Of a DNA stretch of 64,000 nt, positions 22,383 to 34,840 are shown in pieces (positions within the stretch are counted from its first letter, which is position 1; every line of letters begins with the position of its first letter). Both the position numbers and the translations under genes were made by a program. The stretch is taken from NCBI RefSeq assembly GCF_964204645.1, contig NC_134031.1, forward strand, positions 10,852,088 to 10,916,087, in the 5' to 3' direction. This stretch comes from Tubulanus polymorphus (taxonomy: Eukaryota > Animalia > Nemertea). The notes beneath the pieces are model-generated. The model was not told the origin of the DNA, did no database searches, and saw only the letters and a list, made by a program, of their open reading frames with translations.

Positions 22383-23150
22383 GACGAACCAACATACCGA
22401 CAAACCGACATACCGACAAACCGACGAACCGACATACCGTTAAACCGACAAACTCGTATTCCCTCGATCCAGCCACGGGTAATCCACGGAAAAACCCTGT
22501 CCGTCGATCCTAGCCACATTATATAAGGGTAATCCACGCAACCACACAGCCCCTCGATCCCAACCACTTTATAAAAGGGTAATCCACGCACCACACAGCC
22601 CCTCGATCCCAGCCACTTTATATAAGGGTAATCCACGCAACCACGCAGCCCCTCGATCCTCGCCACTTTATATGAGGGAAATCGGCGGGTAATCCACGCA
22701 TATTTTCAGCCCCTCGATCCTAGCCACTTTATATGAGGGTAATCGGCGGGTAATCCACGCATAAACCCAGCCCCTCGATCCCAGCCACTTTATATAAGGG
22801 TAATTCATGCACCACACAGCCCCTCGATCCCAGCCAATTTATACAAGGGTAATCCAGGTACATACCCAGCCCCTCGATCCTAGCCACTTTATATAAGGGT
22901 AATCCACGCACCACACAGCCCCTCGATACCAGCCACTTTATATAAGGGTAATCACGGACACACACAGCCCCTCGATCCCAGCCACTTTATATAAGGGTAA
23001 TCCACGCATACACGCAGCCCCTCGCTTGCAGCCACTTTATATAAGGGTAATCCACGCACGGATTTGTCTTTACGTCGGTTCGTCGGCTTGTCGGTATGTC
23101 GGTTCGTCGGTTCGTCAGTTTGTCGGTTCGTCGGTTTGTCGGTATGTTCG
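22383..23150. mobile_element. foldback/MITE-like element: inverted octamer arrays flanking a ~51-bp minisatellite
   Basis: (ACCGACAA/ACCGACAT)n at 22390-22452 versus (GTCGGTTC/GTCGGTAT)n at 23073-23148; ~11-12 copies of CAGCCCCTCGATCCCAGCCACTTTATATAAGGGTAATCCACGCA between. Confidence 0.6.
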
Positions 23151-24522
23151 CACGTCCCTATGGCGTAATGTCGTAAGATTCAATCAGTCCAATATTGGCG
23201 GATTAATTCCAAATACCAGTCCAATGTGATAAGTCTCTGCTGGAACTATTTAATGCTATAATGGACTTGAGCCCTTATTTCTAACAAACAAAAAGTCTAA
23301 GGCTAAACACAAACAATACCTAGTTTCTTCGCAGGGGCCGGGTCATTTTGGAAAATATCATTGGCCTATTTTATAATTAAACAGTTCATTTCTATAGCTG
23401 CCGGGTCAGTTAAAGTAAAATTGAACACGATTTAAAAACTATGTATAGGGTAGATAGGCGGCCAGCACGGCCAGGTTTTAATCTCAGCAGAGCAGAGAAA
23501 CAAGGTTTCAATTTTTTAGCCTAAAGAACCAACTCGAATCACCACTCACGGTTAAGTGGAGGCTCGAGATCCTTAAAATGCGATGTGACATCAAATCCAC
23601 GAATTGAACAAATAAACCACTGTAACTTATCCTATCTGTAATATTTATTTAAAAAGCAGATTTCAAGATTTTAGAACTTCCCTGTGGCTATTTAATGACT
23701 TACCAGCACCAGCAGGCAGACTAATAGTATTATTTGACTTCTACTGATAACAACCAAATATTTCTCCAAAGTTTCTCAATCGTTAATTTCCGCTCGCCAT
23801 TCCAGACCAATGCCAAAGACGGTGCCTCAAAGACACATACTTACAAGAAGATATGCCAAATGCTTATTAACGCTAAACTTATGAAATGAAATTAAACGTT
23901 ATCGTCTTATTACGGCATCGAAACGGAGGCGATCATCCGGCCACAATCATTTTCCTCGACTTACCAACTCAACGACCAGTTCGGCGTGTTGACATGATAG
24001 ACGCATAGCCTTTAGGAAAAAAAACGACTGTGTTACAATTTACAGATGCAGACGAGCGGCGTTTGTGATAAAAAAAACACGATAGATGCTTTGGCGATGA
24101 GGGCACATTTTACTTTTCAATTTTTATTGGGCACTTCTTAATGACGCGGGCGGCATTGTATTTGTTTATCTGGCCTAACATAGGAAAAACCAGCTGCATC
24201 GACTTTGAAAAGCCTCAACTTTCCCAAGAGCGTCTCTACCCCATACTCCATCTATCTGATAACCCACGCAATTTACTGTTCAGGATACAATTTTCAGTTT
24301 TTTATTTTCTTCTGCAGCCCATCGAGGTTATCATCAAAGTTGAAAATAATCAAATAAAAAACGAATTTCAAATCATTTTGTTCCAGTCCATCTTAAAATG
24401 CAAACAAAAAATATTTCAACCCACGAAAAGGAACTACGTACGTGGTAGATGCGATCAACCAAAAGCCCATTCAAGAATATTCAATATATTCTAGTTTTAA
24501 AATTGTATATAGTTTCAGTTGC

Positions 24523-24665
24523 AATGTCAAAGGTGATCTGCTTTTGTGCAAAATGTCATGGCAATATGGTGTGCCGCAGAACCCGGAAAAAGCACAGGAG
24601 AAAATTTGAAGATGTTCCAATTAACGACAGCACAAAAGAATTAAAGGCAAGTCCTAATGGCTGGG
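24523..24665 (+). pseudogene. possible N-terminus of a CACTA/EnSpm-like transposase, interrupted by Polinton B (duplicated at 52033-52175)
   Basis: MSKVICFCAKCHGNMVCRRTRKKH resembles the CxCxxC..V...T...H motif at the start of such transposases; too short to be certain. Confidence 0.35.
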
Positions 24666-24812
24666 AGTAATAGGGGTTTAGTTGTTTCATACCAAAGGTC
24701 GAAGGGTCGAGTGAGTAAAAAATAAAAATTACTCTTAAAATATTCATATATATGAATAAAATATAAATGAATAACTTCTAAAATCAATTTTAATAAAAAA
24801 TTTGATATTAAA

Positions 24813-27626
24813 ATGGAAGCAAATAAGTACTACTGCCCAACATGTAATATCAATATAGATAAATCCCAAAAATCAAGACACAATAAAACTAAAACACATT
24901 TAGAGAATAAATTGAAACTAGAGTATGAAGATGATATATTAGAAACTAAATTAGAAGAATTAAAGAATGAAAAAGAAACATATAAATGTGATACATGTAA
25001 TCAATCATTCAGTGATAAAAGATATTATAATGAACATTTAAAATCTTAAAGCCATATTAGAAATATGAATAATGATATTTTAGGTGAAAATTATTTTGAT
25101 GAAGATAACGATAAGAAACATAAGACAATTAAAAGAATAAGAAATAAATTAAACAATAAAAGACCATACATGGAAGATGTAAGAAATTATATAAATTCAT
25201 TAGATAATAAAAAAGATAAAAAAGATAACCGTAGCATTTAGAAGTGATATTGGCCCAGCAGCTATTAAAAAACATTTAGAAAATATGAAAAATATTATAA
25301 AAATAATTACTGATGTTGAATATCCTAAAATAAGTATATCTTCTAAAGTTAAATTCATAAAATCTGAAGATAAACCAATATATAATATAAATTCTCATTC
25401 ACAACATATTATTTCAAAACAACATATAGATGATAAATTAGATAAATGTTATAATGAAGTAAAAGCTGCGCATGAGAATTGTAACTTACAAGCTAAGAAA
25501 ATTAACTTTGTACCAGTTATATTTCATAATCTATCAGGATATGATGCGCATTTATTCATCAAACAGTTATGCCATAAAATAGAAGAAATCAATAATGAAA
25601 TAGAAAGATTAAATTCAAATAGATCAAAAGATAAAATACCAACTTATAAATTTAAAATGTTAGCTAGAACATCTGAGAATTATATATCATTCCAATTTGG
25701 TTGCCTAAGATTTATAGATTCATATAGATTTTTAAATAGTTCATTAGATAACTTATCAAAATCACTAGTTGATGATGAATTAAAAATATTAAAGCAACAC
25801 TATCCAAATAATGATGATTTCCAATTAATGAGATATAAAGGCGCAATTCCATATTCTTTCTATAAAAATCATGATGATTTTAACATAACTGAATTATTGA
25901 AAGAACAATTCTATGATGAATTAAAAAATGAATATGTTAAAGATGAAGTCTATAATAGAACATTGATTATTTGGAATCATTTCAAAATAGAAAATCATGG
26001 GCAATTAGTAGATTCATATCTCAAATCAGATGAATTATTATTAATTGATATATTTGAAAGGTTTAGAGATGTAAACCTAAAATATTTTAATATTGATCCT
26101 TGTCATTGTTATTCAAGTCCAGGATTAACATGGGATTGTGGATTAAAATTTACAGATATAAAAATGGATTTGTTAACAAATATAGATCAATTATTATTAT
26201 TTGAAAAATCTATAAGAGGAGGAGTTTCAGGTGTATTAGGGGATAGATATTTCAATGTAAATGATAACCCTGGATATAAGTTATTATATATAGATGCAAA
26301 TAATTTGTATGGTTGGGCAATGATGGAACCACAACCTTATGGAGTATTTGAAATAAGTGAAGTTTCACAACATGAAAATAATGATAAATTTGATTGGAAG
26401 AAAAGAATCCTAGATATTGCAGATGATTCAGATACTGGTTACTTCTTTGTTGTAGATTTAGAATATCCTGAACATATTAAATTTAAATCTAGAAATCTAG
26501 CATACTGTCCAGAACATAAAACTGTAACTCATGAAGAATTATCAAATTACCAAAAATGAATTAAACCTGAAAATCATATTCATACAGAAAAGGTAATGGT
26601 AACTCAAGAAGATAAATATAATTATGTAGTACATTTTAGAATGTTAAAATTTTATCTAAAACAAGGAATGATCCTAAAAAAGTACATAGTTATATTTCAT
26701 TTAGTCAATCTAAGTGGTTAGAAAAATATATAGATTTTAACACCAAACAGAGAACTGAAGCTAAAACTGATTTCGAAAAAGATTTCTTCAAACTAATGAA
26801 TAATGCATTCTATGGTAAGACTTGTGAAAATATTAGAAATAGAAATGATATTGAGTTAGTTAGTAATGGTAAAAGGATAAGGCATTTACAATCATATCCT
26901 AAGTTTTTAGGTAACAGAATATTTGATGAAAATTTAGCTGCAGTTAAAATGAGAAGAACATCAATTAAATTTAATAAACCAATCTATGTTGGTGCTTCAG
27001 TTTTAGAATTATCAAAGTTATTAATGTATGAATTCTATTATAATGTATTACAACCACTTTTTGGAGAAAAACATATAGAAATCTTATATTTTGATACTGA
27101 CAGTTAAATATTAAAGATAAAAACTAATAACATAACTGATGATTTAAAAACATTAAAACATCATTTTGATTTCAGCAATTATCCTAAAAATCATGAATTG
27201 TTTAGCAATGATAATAAAAAATTTCTCGGTAAATTCAAAGATGAATTAGGTGGTGAAGAAATGATTGAATTCATCGGTATTAGATCTAAAATGTATTCAT
27301 ATAAAACTTAAGAACATGAAGCTAAAAAGTTAAAAGGAATAACCAAAAGTGTAGTAGAAAAGAATATTCATTTCAAAGATTACATCAATTGTATATTCAA
27401 TGAAGAAGTTAGAAAACATAAGATGAGATGTTTAAGATCTGAAGATCATGAAATGTTTATTGAAGAAATTGAAAAGATAAGTCTAAACCCATTTGATGAT
27501 AAAAGATATATTTTAGATGATGGAATTCATACAGTTGCTTATGGTGGTAATTTAGATGAATACTTAAAATTTAAAAGAGAAGAAACAAAAGAGAACGAGA
27601 TAATGAAAAGAATTCTAACGTGTTAA
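24813..27626 (+). pseudogene. pPolB with N-terminal zinc fingers; stops, frameshifts and a probable large internal deletion
   Basis: CPTC..H..H, CDTC..H; AAHENCNL, FHNLSGYD (ExoII), YIDANNLYGWAM, MNNAFYGK, YFDTDS. Confidence 0.95.
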
Positions 27627-27655
27627 TCAAATTTTAATAAAAATATGTTATTAAA

Positions 27656-28009
27656 ATGGAGAGTAAACAAACACACAGTGAGAACAACAAATTATTTCTT
27701 GATAGAATAAAAGATACTTCAAATGTCAAATCAGTAGATAATAAATTTAAGAAGTTAAAAGAATTAATAATCCATAAGAAATATCTAATTACAAATATTG
27801 ATACAGTTACTAACAAATATGGAGATAAATTAGTTATGCACTTAGAATATGAAGGATTAAAAGGAAATACATATAAATTCAGAACATATTTACCAGATAG
27901 ATTTCATAGATTATCAAGTGAAGATCTAGAAGAATTATGTTCTGGTGATTTCTATTTCGTATACAAAGGTAAGAATGAAAAAGGGCACCATGAAATAGAT
28001 TTCGAATAA
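27656..28009 (+). CDS. small conserved protein (117 aa; possible OB-fold ssDNA-binding, inference)
   Basis: Intact ORF directly after polB with the same upstream motif as polB; FKKLKEL..YLIT..TNKYG..FRTYLPDRF. Confidence 0.75.
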   Translation: MESKQTHSENNKLFLDRIKDTSNVKSVDNKFKKLKELIIHKKYLITNIDTVTNKYGDKLVMHLEYEGLKGNTYKFRTYLPDRFHRLSSEDLEELCSGDFYFVYKGKNEKGHHEIDFE

Positions 28010-28026
28010 GAAAATATGTAAAATAA

Positions 28027-28783
28027 ATGGCGGAATTAAAAGAATACAGAATATTTGTTGGTTCAAGAAACTTACAAATTATAAATCACATAATTTACTA
28101 GTTCAATTAGATAGAGAATTTAAGAATTGTGTAGATTTAAAATTAGTAAATATAAGTTTATGTAATTCTTTTTATAATATATCGGATAAAACTATTGAAG
28201 ATAATACTGTTTTAATTCATATTAGAAATGTAGATAAATGGTTTCATCTAATTTTAAAACCAGGATTATATAATTTAGAAACATTAACTCAAGAAATTAA
28301 TCGAAGAGCACGGTTGAAAATTAGAAGAGATGATAAATTTTTAATTAGATTTATAAAAAGTGATAGCACAAATAAAATTAAATAAAGGTATATGATGAAA
28401 GTCAACATGCATTTATGGTAAAAAAACCTATAGCTAAACTGTTAGGAATTGTACCAGATACTGTTACAGGAAACGTAGATGGTAAATCAAATATAATACC
28501 TTTTACACACTTTTATATTTATTGCAATTTAATTGATCCTACAAAAACATTTGAAGCAACTAAAGATACAATTTGTAGTTCTAGTATACTAAATATTTTA
28601 CCGCTAAAAAATGTTAAACAATTTGGAACTCAAATAAATTATAATTTAGCTGAATGTGATTTTAAACCTTGTATTCCTCAATTTAATAATTTTAAATTAG
28701 AAATAAGAAATCACAATGGATACTTAATTGATTTGAATAACTCTCCTGTAATTTATGAATTAGTTATAAGATGTAGAGAGTAA
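28027..28783 (+). pseudogene. minor capsid protein, disrupted
   Basis: Homolog of 2417-3173; central region diverged. Confidence 0.75.
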
Positions 28784-28799
28784 TTTTTTCACTATATAA

Positions 28800-29156
28800 A
28801 TGAATATAACTGTTGGGCCGAGCATATGTTTTTGATTTGATTTTAAACGTGAGAAAGAAATGAAATTTAACATTAATGATGTAATTACACATATTGAAAA
28901 TATTGCATTTTCTAATGAAACAACATTTGAGTATGAAACAACAATAGATAAAGAAACTTTAAATGTAGAAAAGATTACTAATTTAATTAGAGAATCTTTG
29001 AGATTTTATGAATTAGATGAAGATTTTATCATCGATGATATTAAAAAAATAATAATTGAAATATATACAAATGAAACTAGTAATAAAATAAATGTTGATT
29101 TAATCATAAATAAGTTAACTAAATATTTTGATGAAAGTAATTTTTTTGATAAATAA
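28800..29156 (+). pseudogene. hypothetical Polinton protein, early stop
   Basis: TAAATG at 28800; homolog of first half of 3191-3736. Confidence 0.6.
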
Positions 29157-29378
29157 ATGAGAGATAATAAGTGGATAATAACTGGATTATATAATGGAGC
29201 ATTACTATCGGTTGGAACTGTTAGTTATTCAATGGTATTGAAAAAAGTATTTAAAATGGGAAGTATTAATGCTGATAGATTTGATATAAATGATATCTTA
29301 AAATTAACATTAGCAGTTACTTTATCTAATTTAACTATTGATTATTTGGAAAAACAAAATAATATTCCTCCCATATAA
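29157..29378 (+). CDS. small hydrophobic protein (73 aa)
   Basis: T-tract + TAAATAAATG start; two hydrophobic segments; conserved in A and D. Confidence 0.65.
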   Translation: MRDNKWIITGLYNGALLSVGTVSYSMVLKKVFKMGSINADRFDINDILKLTLAVTLSNLTIDYLEKQNNIPPI

Positions 29379-29402
29379 ATGCGTAATTATTTTACTAAAT
29401 AA

Positions 29403-29826
29403 ATGGCTTCTGCAGTTATAACTATTATAGGATCAGCAATTGTTAACGCTTTAGCATTTACTGGTGGTGGTTATTTATTTAAGCATATTGATAAAAATGG
29501 TTCATTAACAGAACAAAAAAGACATAACTTAGCATTAGAAAAATACAATAAAGCAGCAGAAGAATATAGAGAAAAGAGGCAAATACTATATGGATTATAT
29601 TAACAAAGAATTATATGATCAGAAGATTTCACATAGAGATTTTCAATCAGTTGATGATGCAATGAGTTTATATAACGCAGTAAGCAAGAAAGAAAAATTA
29701 CATCTACACAAACCTAAATGATCAGATTATTATACCCCAAGTAATGAACAGAAGAAATATGAAATAATATGGATTTTAGGTGGAACTGTTATTGTTATAT
29801 TTGTAGCGTATAAATTTACTAATTAG
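29403..29826 (+). pseudogene. predicted membrane protein, frameshifted
   Basis: Homolog of 3779-4204. Confidence 0.7.
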
Positions 29827-29845
29827 TATTTTTTTTGCTAAATAA

Positions 29846-30271
29846 ATGGATGATAATATTGATATTATTCCTCATGATATAAATAAAACTAAATTAAAAA
29901 CATATTTAGAAAAACAAATATGAGAATTTGAAAGTGACTTAAAGTTAAAAAAGAAAAAATATTTAAAAAGTAAAATTATATATTATTTGATTATCAGTGG
30001 TTCGGTTACAATTAGTTTTGTAATAACATTTCTAGCAATATTCAGCCCATTAACACCTTTAGCTATATCAATTGGCGTATTAGGATTAAGTTCAAGTGTT
30101 TTAACTGGTATAAGTTCAAAATTAAATATAAAAAGTAATAAAGAAAAAATTAAAACTAATATAAAAGAAATTAATAAATTAAAGAATACACTAGATTATA
30201 TTATAAGTTTAAATGGCCATATAACAGTTGAAGAACAAGATAAATTACTAAAAGAATTAATAAATTATTAA
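29846..30271 (+). pseudogene. predicted two-TM membrane protein, 5' part disrupted
   Basis: TAAATG at 29846; ORF 29987-30271. Confidence 0.65.
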
Positions 30272-30287
30272 TTTTTTAATTATATAA

Positions 30288-31908
30288 ATGGCAGATAGTT
30301 TTCCAAAAGCTTTCCAATATAATAAATCAATTAAATATAATATTCCAGCAATAGATTTCAATAAAGATATTTCATATAGAAATGAAGTTTTAAATTCATT
30401 AATTGATTTATATATTTATGTTACTGAAAGTAATAATTTTCATGTAAAGATGGAAAATATATTTCAAGTGTATACAATTAATTTTAAAAATTTAAATGAG
30501 GCAAAACAATGGTTATTAAAATCTAATATGAAGTATCGGCAGAACCAATTAAATTTTGCTGTTGATTGCGCAACAACAGGCTGTGGAATAAGTTGGAATG
30601 ATCATTTAAACAAACCAAGTTTACCATTGATGTTATCACTTTTTAGATTTCATACTTATTTTCAAATAAAATTAATATTAGATGAATTAGAATGTCCTTT
30701 ACCAGGTTCAAAATATTTTAAAGAATTGAATAATGATATTAATTTTTCTAAGTTTTATAAAATATATAATGAATTTAATATTAATTCAAATAAAGATTTT
30801 AGAGCAAAAATTGGAAAAATGGGTGGATTAGGAATATTATATACTAAAGAATTTGGAAAAATAATGACAAATTCAGATATAAGAACACTAAATTGGAATG
30901 AATTACCAAAATATTATAATAATATACAACAACAAAATAATAATTGTTGGGTTTATTTCATTTTAGAAAATAGTGAAGGTTTTACTAAAGCTGGTATACA
31001 AAGAATAAATCAATCTATTAGAACTTATTTGATATGTATTTTAGGTGCGCAAGTTGAAACAAGATCCCCAATAGTTGGAAATGTTAACACTTCATTCGAT
31101 GCGCAGAAACAATTCAAAGTATTATTTGAAGATTCAATTCATAATGATAAAATAGATCGATTCCAGAAAACATTTCCTGAAAAAGCACGTAGAGAAATTA
31201 AGGGTATGCAAGAATCATCTGATGAGATTGCTAATATTAAGATGATATTTTCTAAAATAACCACGTTAGAAGAAAAATTAACTAATGCAAATGAAGAATT
31301 AAAACAATTAGAATTAAATAAAAATCTTCAAGTAATTGAGGAAGCTGATTATGAAAGCAGAAAGTTAGCTTTAGAAAAAAAATTGATGATTTAAAATATA
31401 ATATAGAATTACAGAAAGAAGAAAGAGATACATTATTAAAATCATATGATCTTAATCATATTAAAAAATTATTTTTAAAGATTTGTTGATAAATCCAGAT
31501 TCTAAAATATCATTAAAAGATAGAATGAGATTATTATTTAAGTTAGAAGGTATAACAATTCTTTCAATTCTAACAACTGTAACTATGTTATTTACAACAA
31601 TTGGTTTAGCAATATCAAATTCTTTGAAATCTACTCCTACTCCAAATAAACCGGATAAACCCCCGAATGATAATAATTCTATACAAGATAAAGTTAAGGA
31701 TGGTTTAAAGAAATTAGCAAAATATTTATGGGAACTATCTAAAAAATCTGCTGCAGCATTGCCAGGAGTAATTGCATCAATTGTTGGTTTTATATTGAAA
31801 TCTGCAGGAAACATTATTAACTGTGCTGCTGAACATATTATTTTATTTTTAATTAAAGTTGTAAGTGCAATTATTTTTGGGCTAGTAAACATGATAAAAA
31901 ATAAATAA
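30288..31908 (+). pseudogene. deletion-fused remnants of two genes (homologs of 4754-6024 and 6104-7844)
   Basis: Near 31170 the sequence jumps from ..CCAGAAAACATT (A ~5640) to CCTGAAAAAGCACGTAGAG (A ~7100). Confidence 0.8.
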
Positions 31909-31928
31909 TTAATTTTTTTGTTAAATAA

Positions 31929-33176
31929 ATGAGTGGGAGTTATATCAATCCTTCTAATTATCATAGAATATCTAATGCTATTAAAGCAGAAAGATCTCAT
32001 CATATAATTACTCATAATCCTTCAAATATTAATCCCGATGAAACTTTATATGTTAGAATTCCTCGATTAACACAAAATACTTTTTATGTTCCAAATAGTA
32101 TTTATTTATCAGCCGATATAAAAGTAATCGGTAATAATAATAATTATGTTGTTGATAATGTTGGAAGATATTTGATTAAAAGATTAACAATAAAGATCGG
32201 TCCAGAAACAGTTTTCTCATTAGATGATTATAATTTATTTATGCATTATAAAGATTTATGGTTAACTAAAGAAAATAGAAATAATATGATATTTCAAGGA
32301 ATCCAATCAGAAAACCAAAATAAATTAAGATCAGAAGCACATAATGCAATATTAACTAATGCTATAGATAAATTGATAAAAAGTATATATGGAAGCAAAT
32401 ATAAAATTCCATTAGACTTTCAATTGATAAATAATAATGCACCTTTATATAAATACGCAATTCAAGAAGACGTTATATTCGAAATAACATTTGCTCCTGT
32501 TAATGAAATTGTAATATCTAGCGTTGATAAAGATATGAGTTATAAATTATCGAATATATGTTTAGAATATGATACAGTAACTGATGAAAATATTTCAAGT
32601 ATAATTCAAACTAAATACAATCAAGGATTTTCATTATTATATGATTATATTGATAAATTTAAAACTGTAACTATTAATGCAAATGATGAAATTATTAATG
32701 AGAATATCAACTTCCCAAGAAGATCTATTAAAGGTATATTAATATTTTTTACCATTGCAACATATACTAATAGCGCAATAAATGTTGATAATTATTATAA
32801 TCCTGAAATAACAAAAGTAGAAATAACTATCGAAGGAATAGCAAATAAAATATTTTGTCAAGGAATGAGAATGATAGATCAATGGCCAGAAATTAGAAAA
32901 CATTTTATGAATGAAAAAGTAAAATCATCTAAAAATTGTAATATTAATCAAATTTATTATTATACCGGTAATAAATATGCATTATGGTTAGATTTTAGAA
33001 CAACAGAGGATAATTCATTACATGGTTCTGGAAAAAAATTACAGAACACTAAAGATGGAATACAATTATTCATGACAAAGAATGAAGGAATCAAAAATTT
33101 TAAAATGCACATTTATATTATATCTGACGCGCAATTAAATATTGTAAATTCTCAATTGAATAGTGTTACGTATTAA
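31929..33176 (+). CDS. major capsid protein, intact 415 aa
   Basis: Near-identical to 7886-9133. Confidence 0.75.
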   Translation: MSGSYINPSNYHRISNAIKAERSHHIITHNPSNINPDETLYVRIPRLTQNTFYVPNSIYLSADIKVIGNNNNYVVDNVGRYLIKRLTIKIGPETVFSLDDYNLFMHYKDLWLTKENRNNMIFQGIQSENQNKLRSEAHNAILTNAIDKLIKSIYGSKYKIPLDFQLINNNAPLYKYAIQEDVIFEITFAPVNEIVISSVDKDMSYKLSNICLEYDTVTDENISSIIQTKYNQGFSLLYDYIDKFKTVTINANDEIINENINFPRRSIKGILIFFTIATYTNSAINVDNYYNPEITKVEITIEGIANKIFCQGMRMIDQWPEIRKHFMNEKVKSSKNCNINQIYYYTGNKYALWLDFRTTEDNSLHGSGKKLQNTKDGIQLFMTKNEGIKNFKMHIYIISDAQLNIVNSQLNSVTY

Positions 33177-33208
33177 AATTTTAACTTTAATAAAAATTTA
33201 TATAATAA

Positions 33209-34441
33209 ATGGAAGGAGGTAAAGTATATAAACATATTCCATACATCGATACACATGAAAATAATGATGGTTTATATTATGTAATACCTTGTAATATAGC
33301 TTTGATATTTGATCCTATTTTCAAAATTTATAAAACTAAACTAATAGAAATCGATAATAATAAAAGTGGTGTTGTTGATAATTTAAGTAATGTAATTGAT
33401 AATAATGTAATACCTTCTACATCTAATAATGTATTACCTTCTACATCTAATAATGTAATATCTTCTACATCTAATAATGTAATACCTTCTACATCTAATA
33501 ATGTAATACCTTCTACATCGAATAATGCAATACCTTCTACATCTAATAATGATAAGATTGAACCGGATATCAAAACCAAAAAGACAAATGAAAAATATTG
33601 TGATGTATGTAAGAAATATATATCATATAAAAATTGGGCATCACATAAGAAATCAAATAAACATATAGAAAAAGAAAAGAATAATAATGATAATAATATA
33701 TCTGATAATAATATAATAGATTATATCATAGATAATGTTAATACAATTGAAACAAATGATATCATAGATAATATAACAGATAATGTTGATACAATTGAAA
33801 CTAATGATAATGAAACAATTGACGATTCTAAAAAACATTGTAACATTTGTGATTTAGATATTTCTAAAAGTAATTTTTCTAAACATAAAAAATCTCAAGC
33901 GCATATCGAAAATGGAAGGAAGTTAGAAGAACATGAAAAGAAATTAGAAGAAATAGAAAGAAATGAAACGTGTCAATATTGTAATAAAAAAATTGAACCT
34001 GTTGATGAAAATACTCATTATAAATCAAAGTTACATCTAATTAATGTTTATAAAATGGTGAGTATGATACCATTGTTAAATAACCCAAATAAATATATCA
34101 AATATTTTAATCCTAAAACTAACCAATATTATATATTCTATAAGTTGTTATTTGATAAATTATTAGATTATGCAGAAGATAATCCTGAACAAATATATGA
34201 ATTATTATATTTTAGGAAAATAGATTTAAGTTATCTAATAAAACATTTTGGATATCAATTTGATTTTGATAATGATGATTTTGATGAATACTTAGAAAAA
34301 TTAAGAGAAAAAGCTAATATACCTACTAATTATCATTCAAAGATGACTCGACTAAAATTAATAAATCTACCTAAGACTTTTGATGAATTAGATATAAACA
34401 GAGATGATTTTATAAATGTATTAGAAACAAAATTAGAATAA
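33209..34441 (+). CDS. multi-zinc-finger protein, intact 410 aa, with NNVIPSTS tandem repeat
   Basis: Three C2H2-type fingers; 24-bp repeat x6 at ~33400-33550. Confidence 0.8.
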   Translation: MEGGKVYKHIPYIDTHENNDGLYYVIPCNIALIFDPIFKIYKTKLIEIDNNKSGVVDNLSNVIDNNVIPSTSNNVLPSTSNNVISSTSNNVIPSTSNNVIPSTSNNAIPSTSNNDKIEPDIKTKKTNEKYCDVCKKYISYKNWASHKKSNKHIEKEKNNNDNNISDNNIIDYIIDNVNTIETNDIIDNITDNVDTIETNDNETIDDSKKHCNICDLDISKSNFSKHKKSQAHIENGRKLEEHEKKLEEIERNETCQYCNKKIEPVDENTHYKSKLHLINVYKMVSMIPLLNNPNKYIKYFNPKTNQYYIFYKLLFDKLLDYAEDNPEQIYELLYFRKIDLSYLIKHFGYQFDFDNDDFDEYLEKLREKANIPTNYHSKMTRLKLINLPKTFDELDINRDDFINVLETKLE

Positions 34442-34823
34442 TTATTATAAAACTAATTTATATATCTATGTACTAGACGTACGTAAGAATCTTGGTAAGA
34501 ATCCAAGAATCCAAGAAAATCTTACTTTCTTACTCGTACGTCTAGTACATAGATATATAATTTAGTTTTTATAAAAATTAAAAACATAAATTATTAATCT
34601 AAGTATAGAAATAGTTATAATATAATCTATTTTTATTTTTATTAAGAGAAAACATATAATTTATTCATTTTTATAATTTAAATTTATAATAATTATTATA
34701 AAAACTAATTTATATATCTATGTACTAGACGTACGTAAGAATTCTTACTTTCTTACTTTCTTAGCAAGAATATTGGATTCTTACGTACGTCTAGTATATA
34801 GAAATATAAATTAGTTTCTATAA
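34441..34823. repeat. central region with two tandem hairpins (type 1)
   Basis: TATATCTATGTACTAGACGTACG...CGTACGTCTAGTACATAGATATA (34460-34560) and a second at 34695-34823. Confidence 0.88.
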
Positions 34824-34840
34824 TATTCCAAATTAGGATT

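Noticed and set aside
22460-23060. CRISPR-like array
   Set aside because: Units are contiguous degenerate tandem repeats without unique spacers, no cas genes, eukaryotic context; the 42020-42220 array fails for the same reasons
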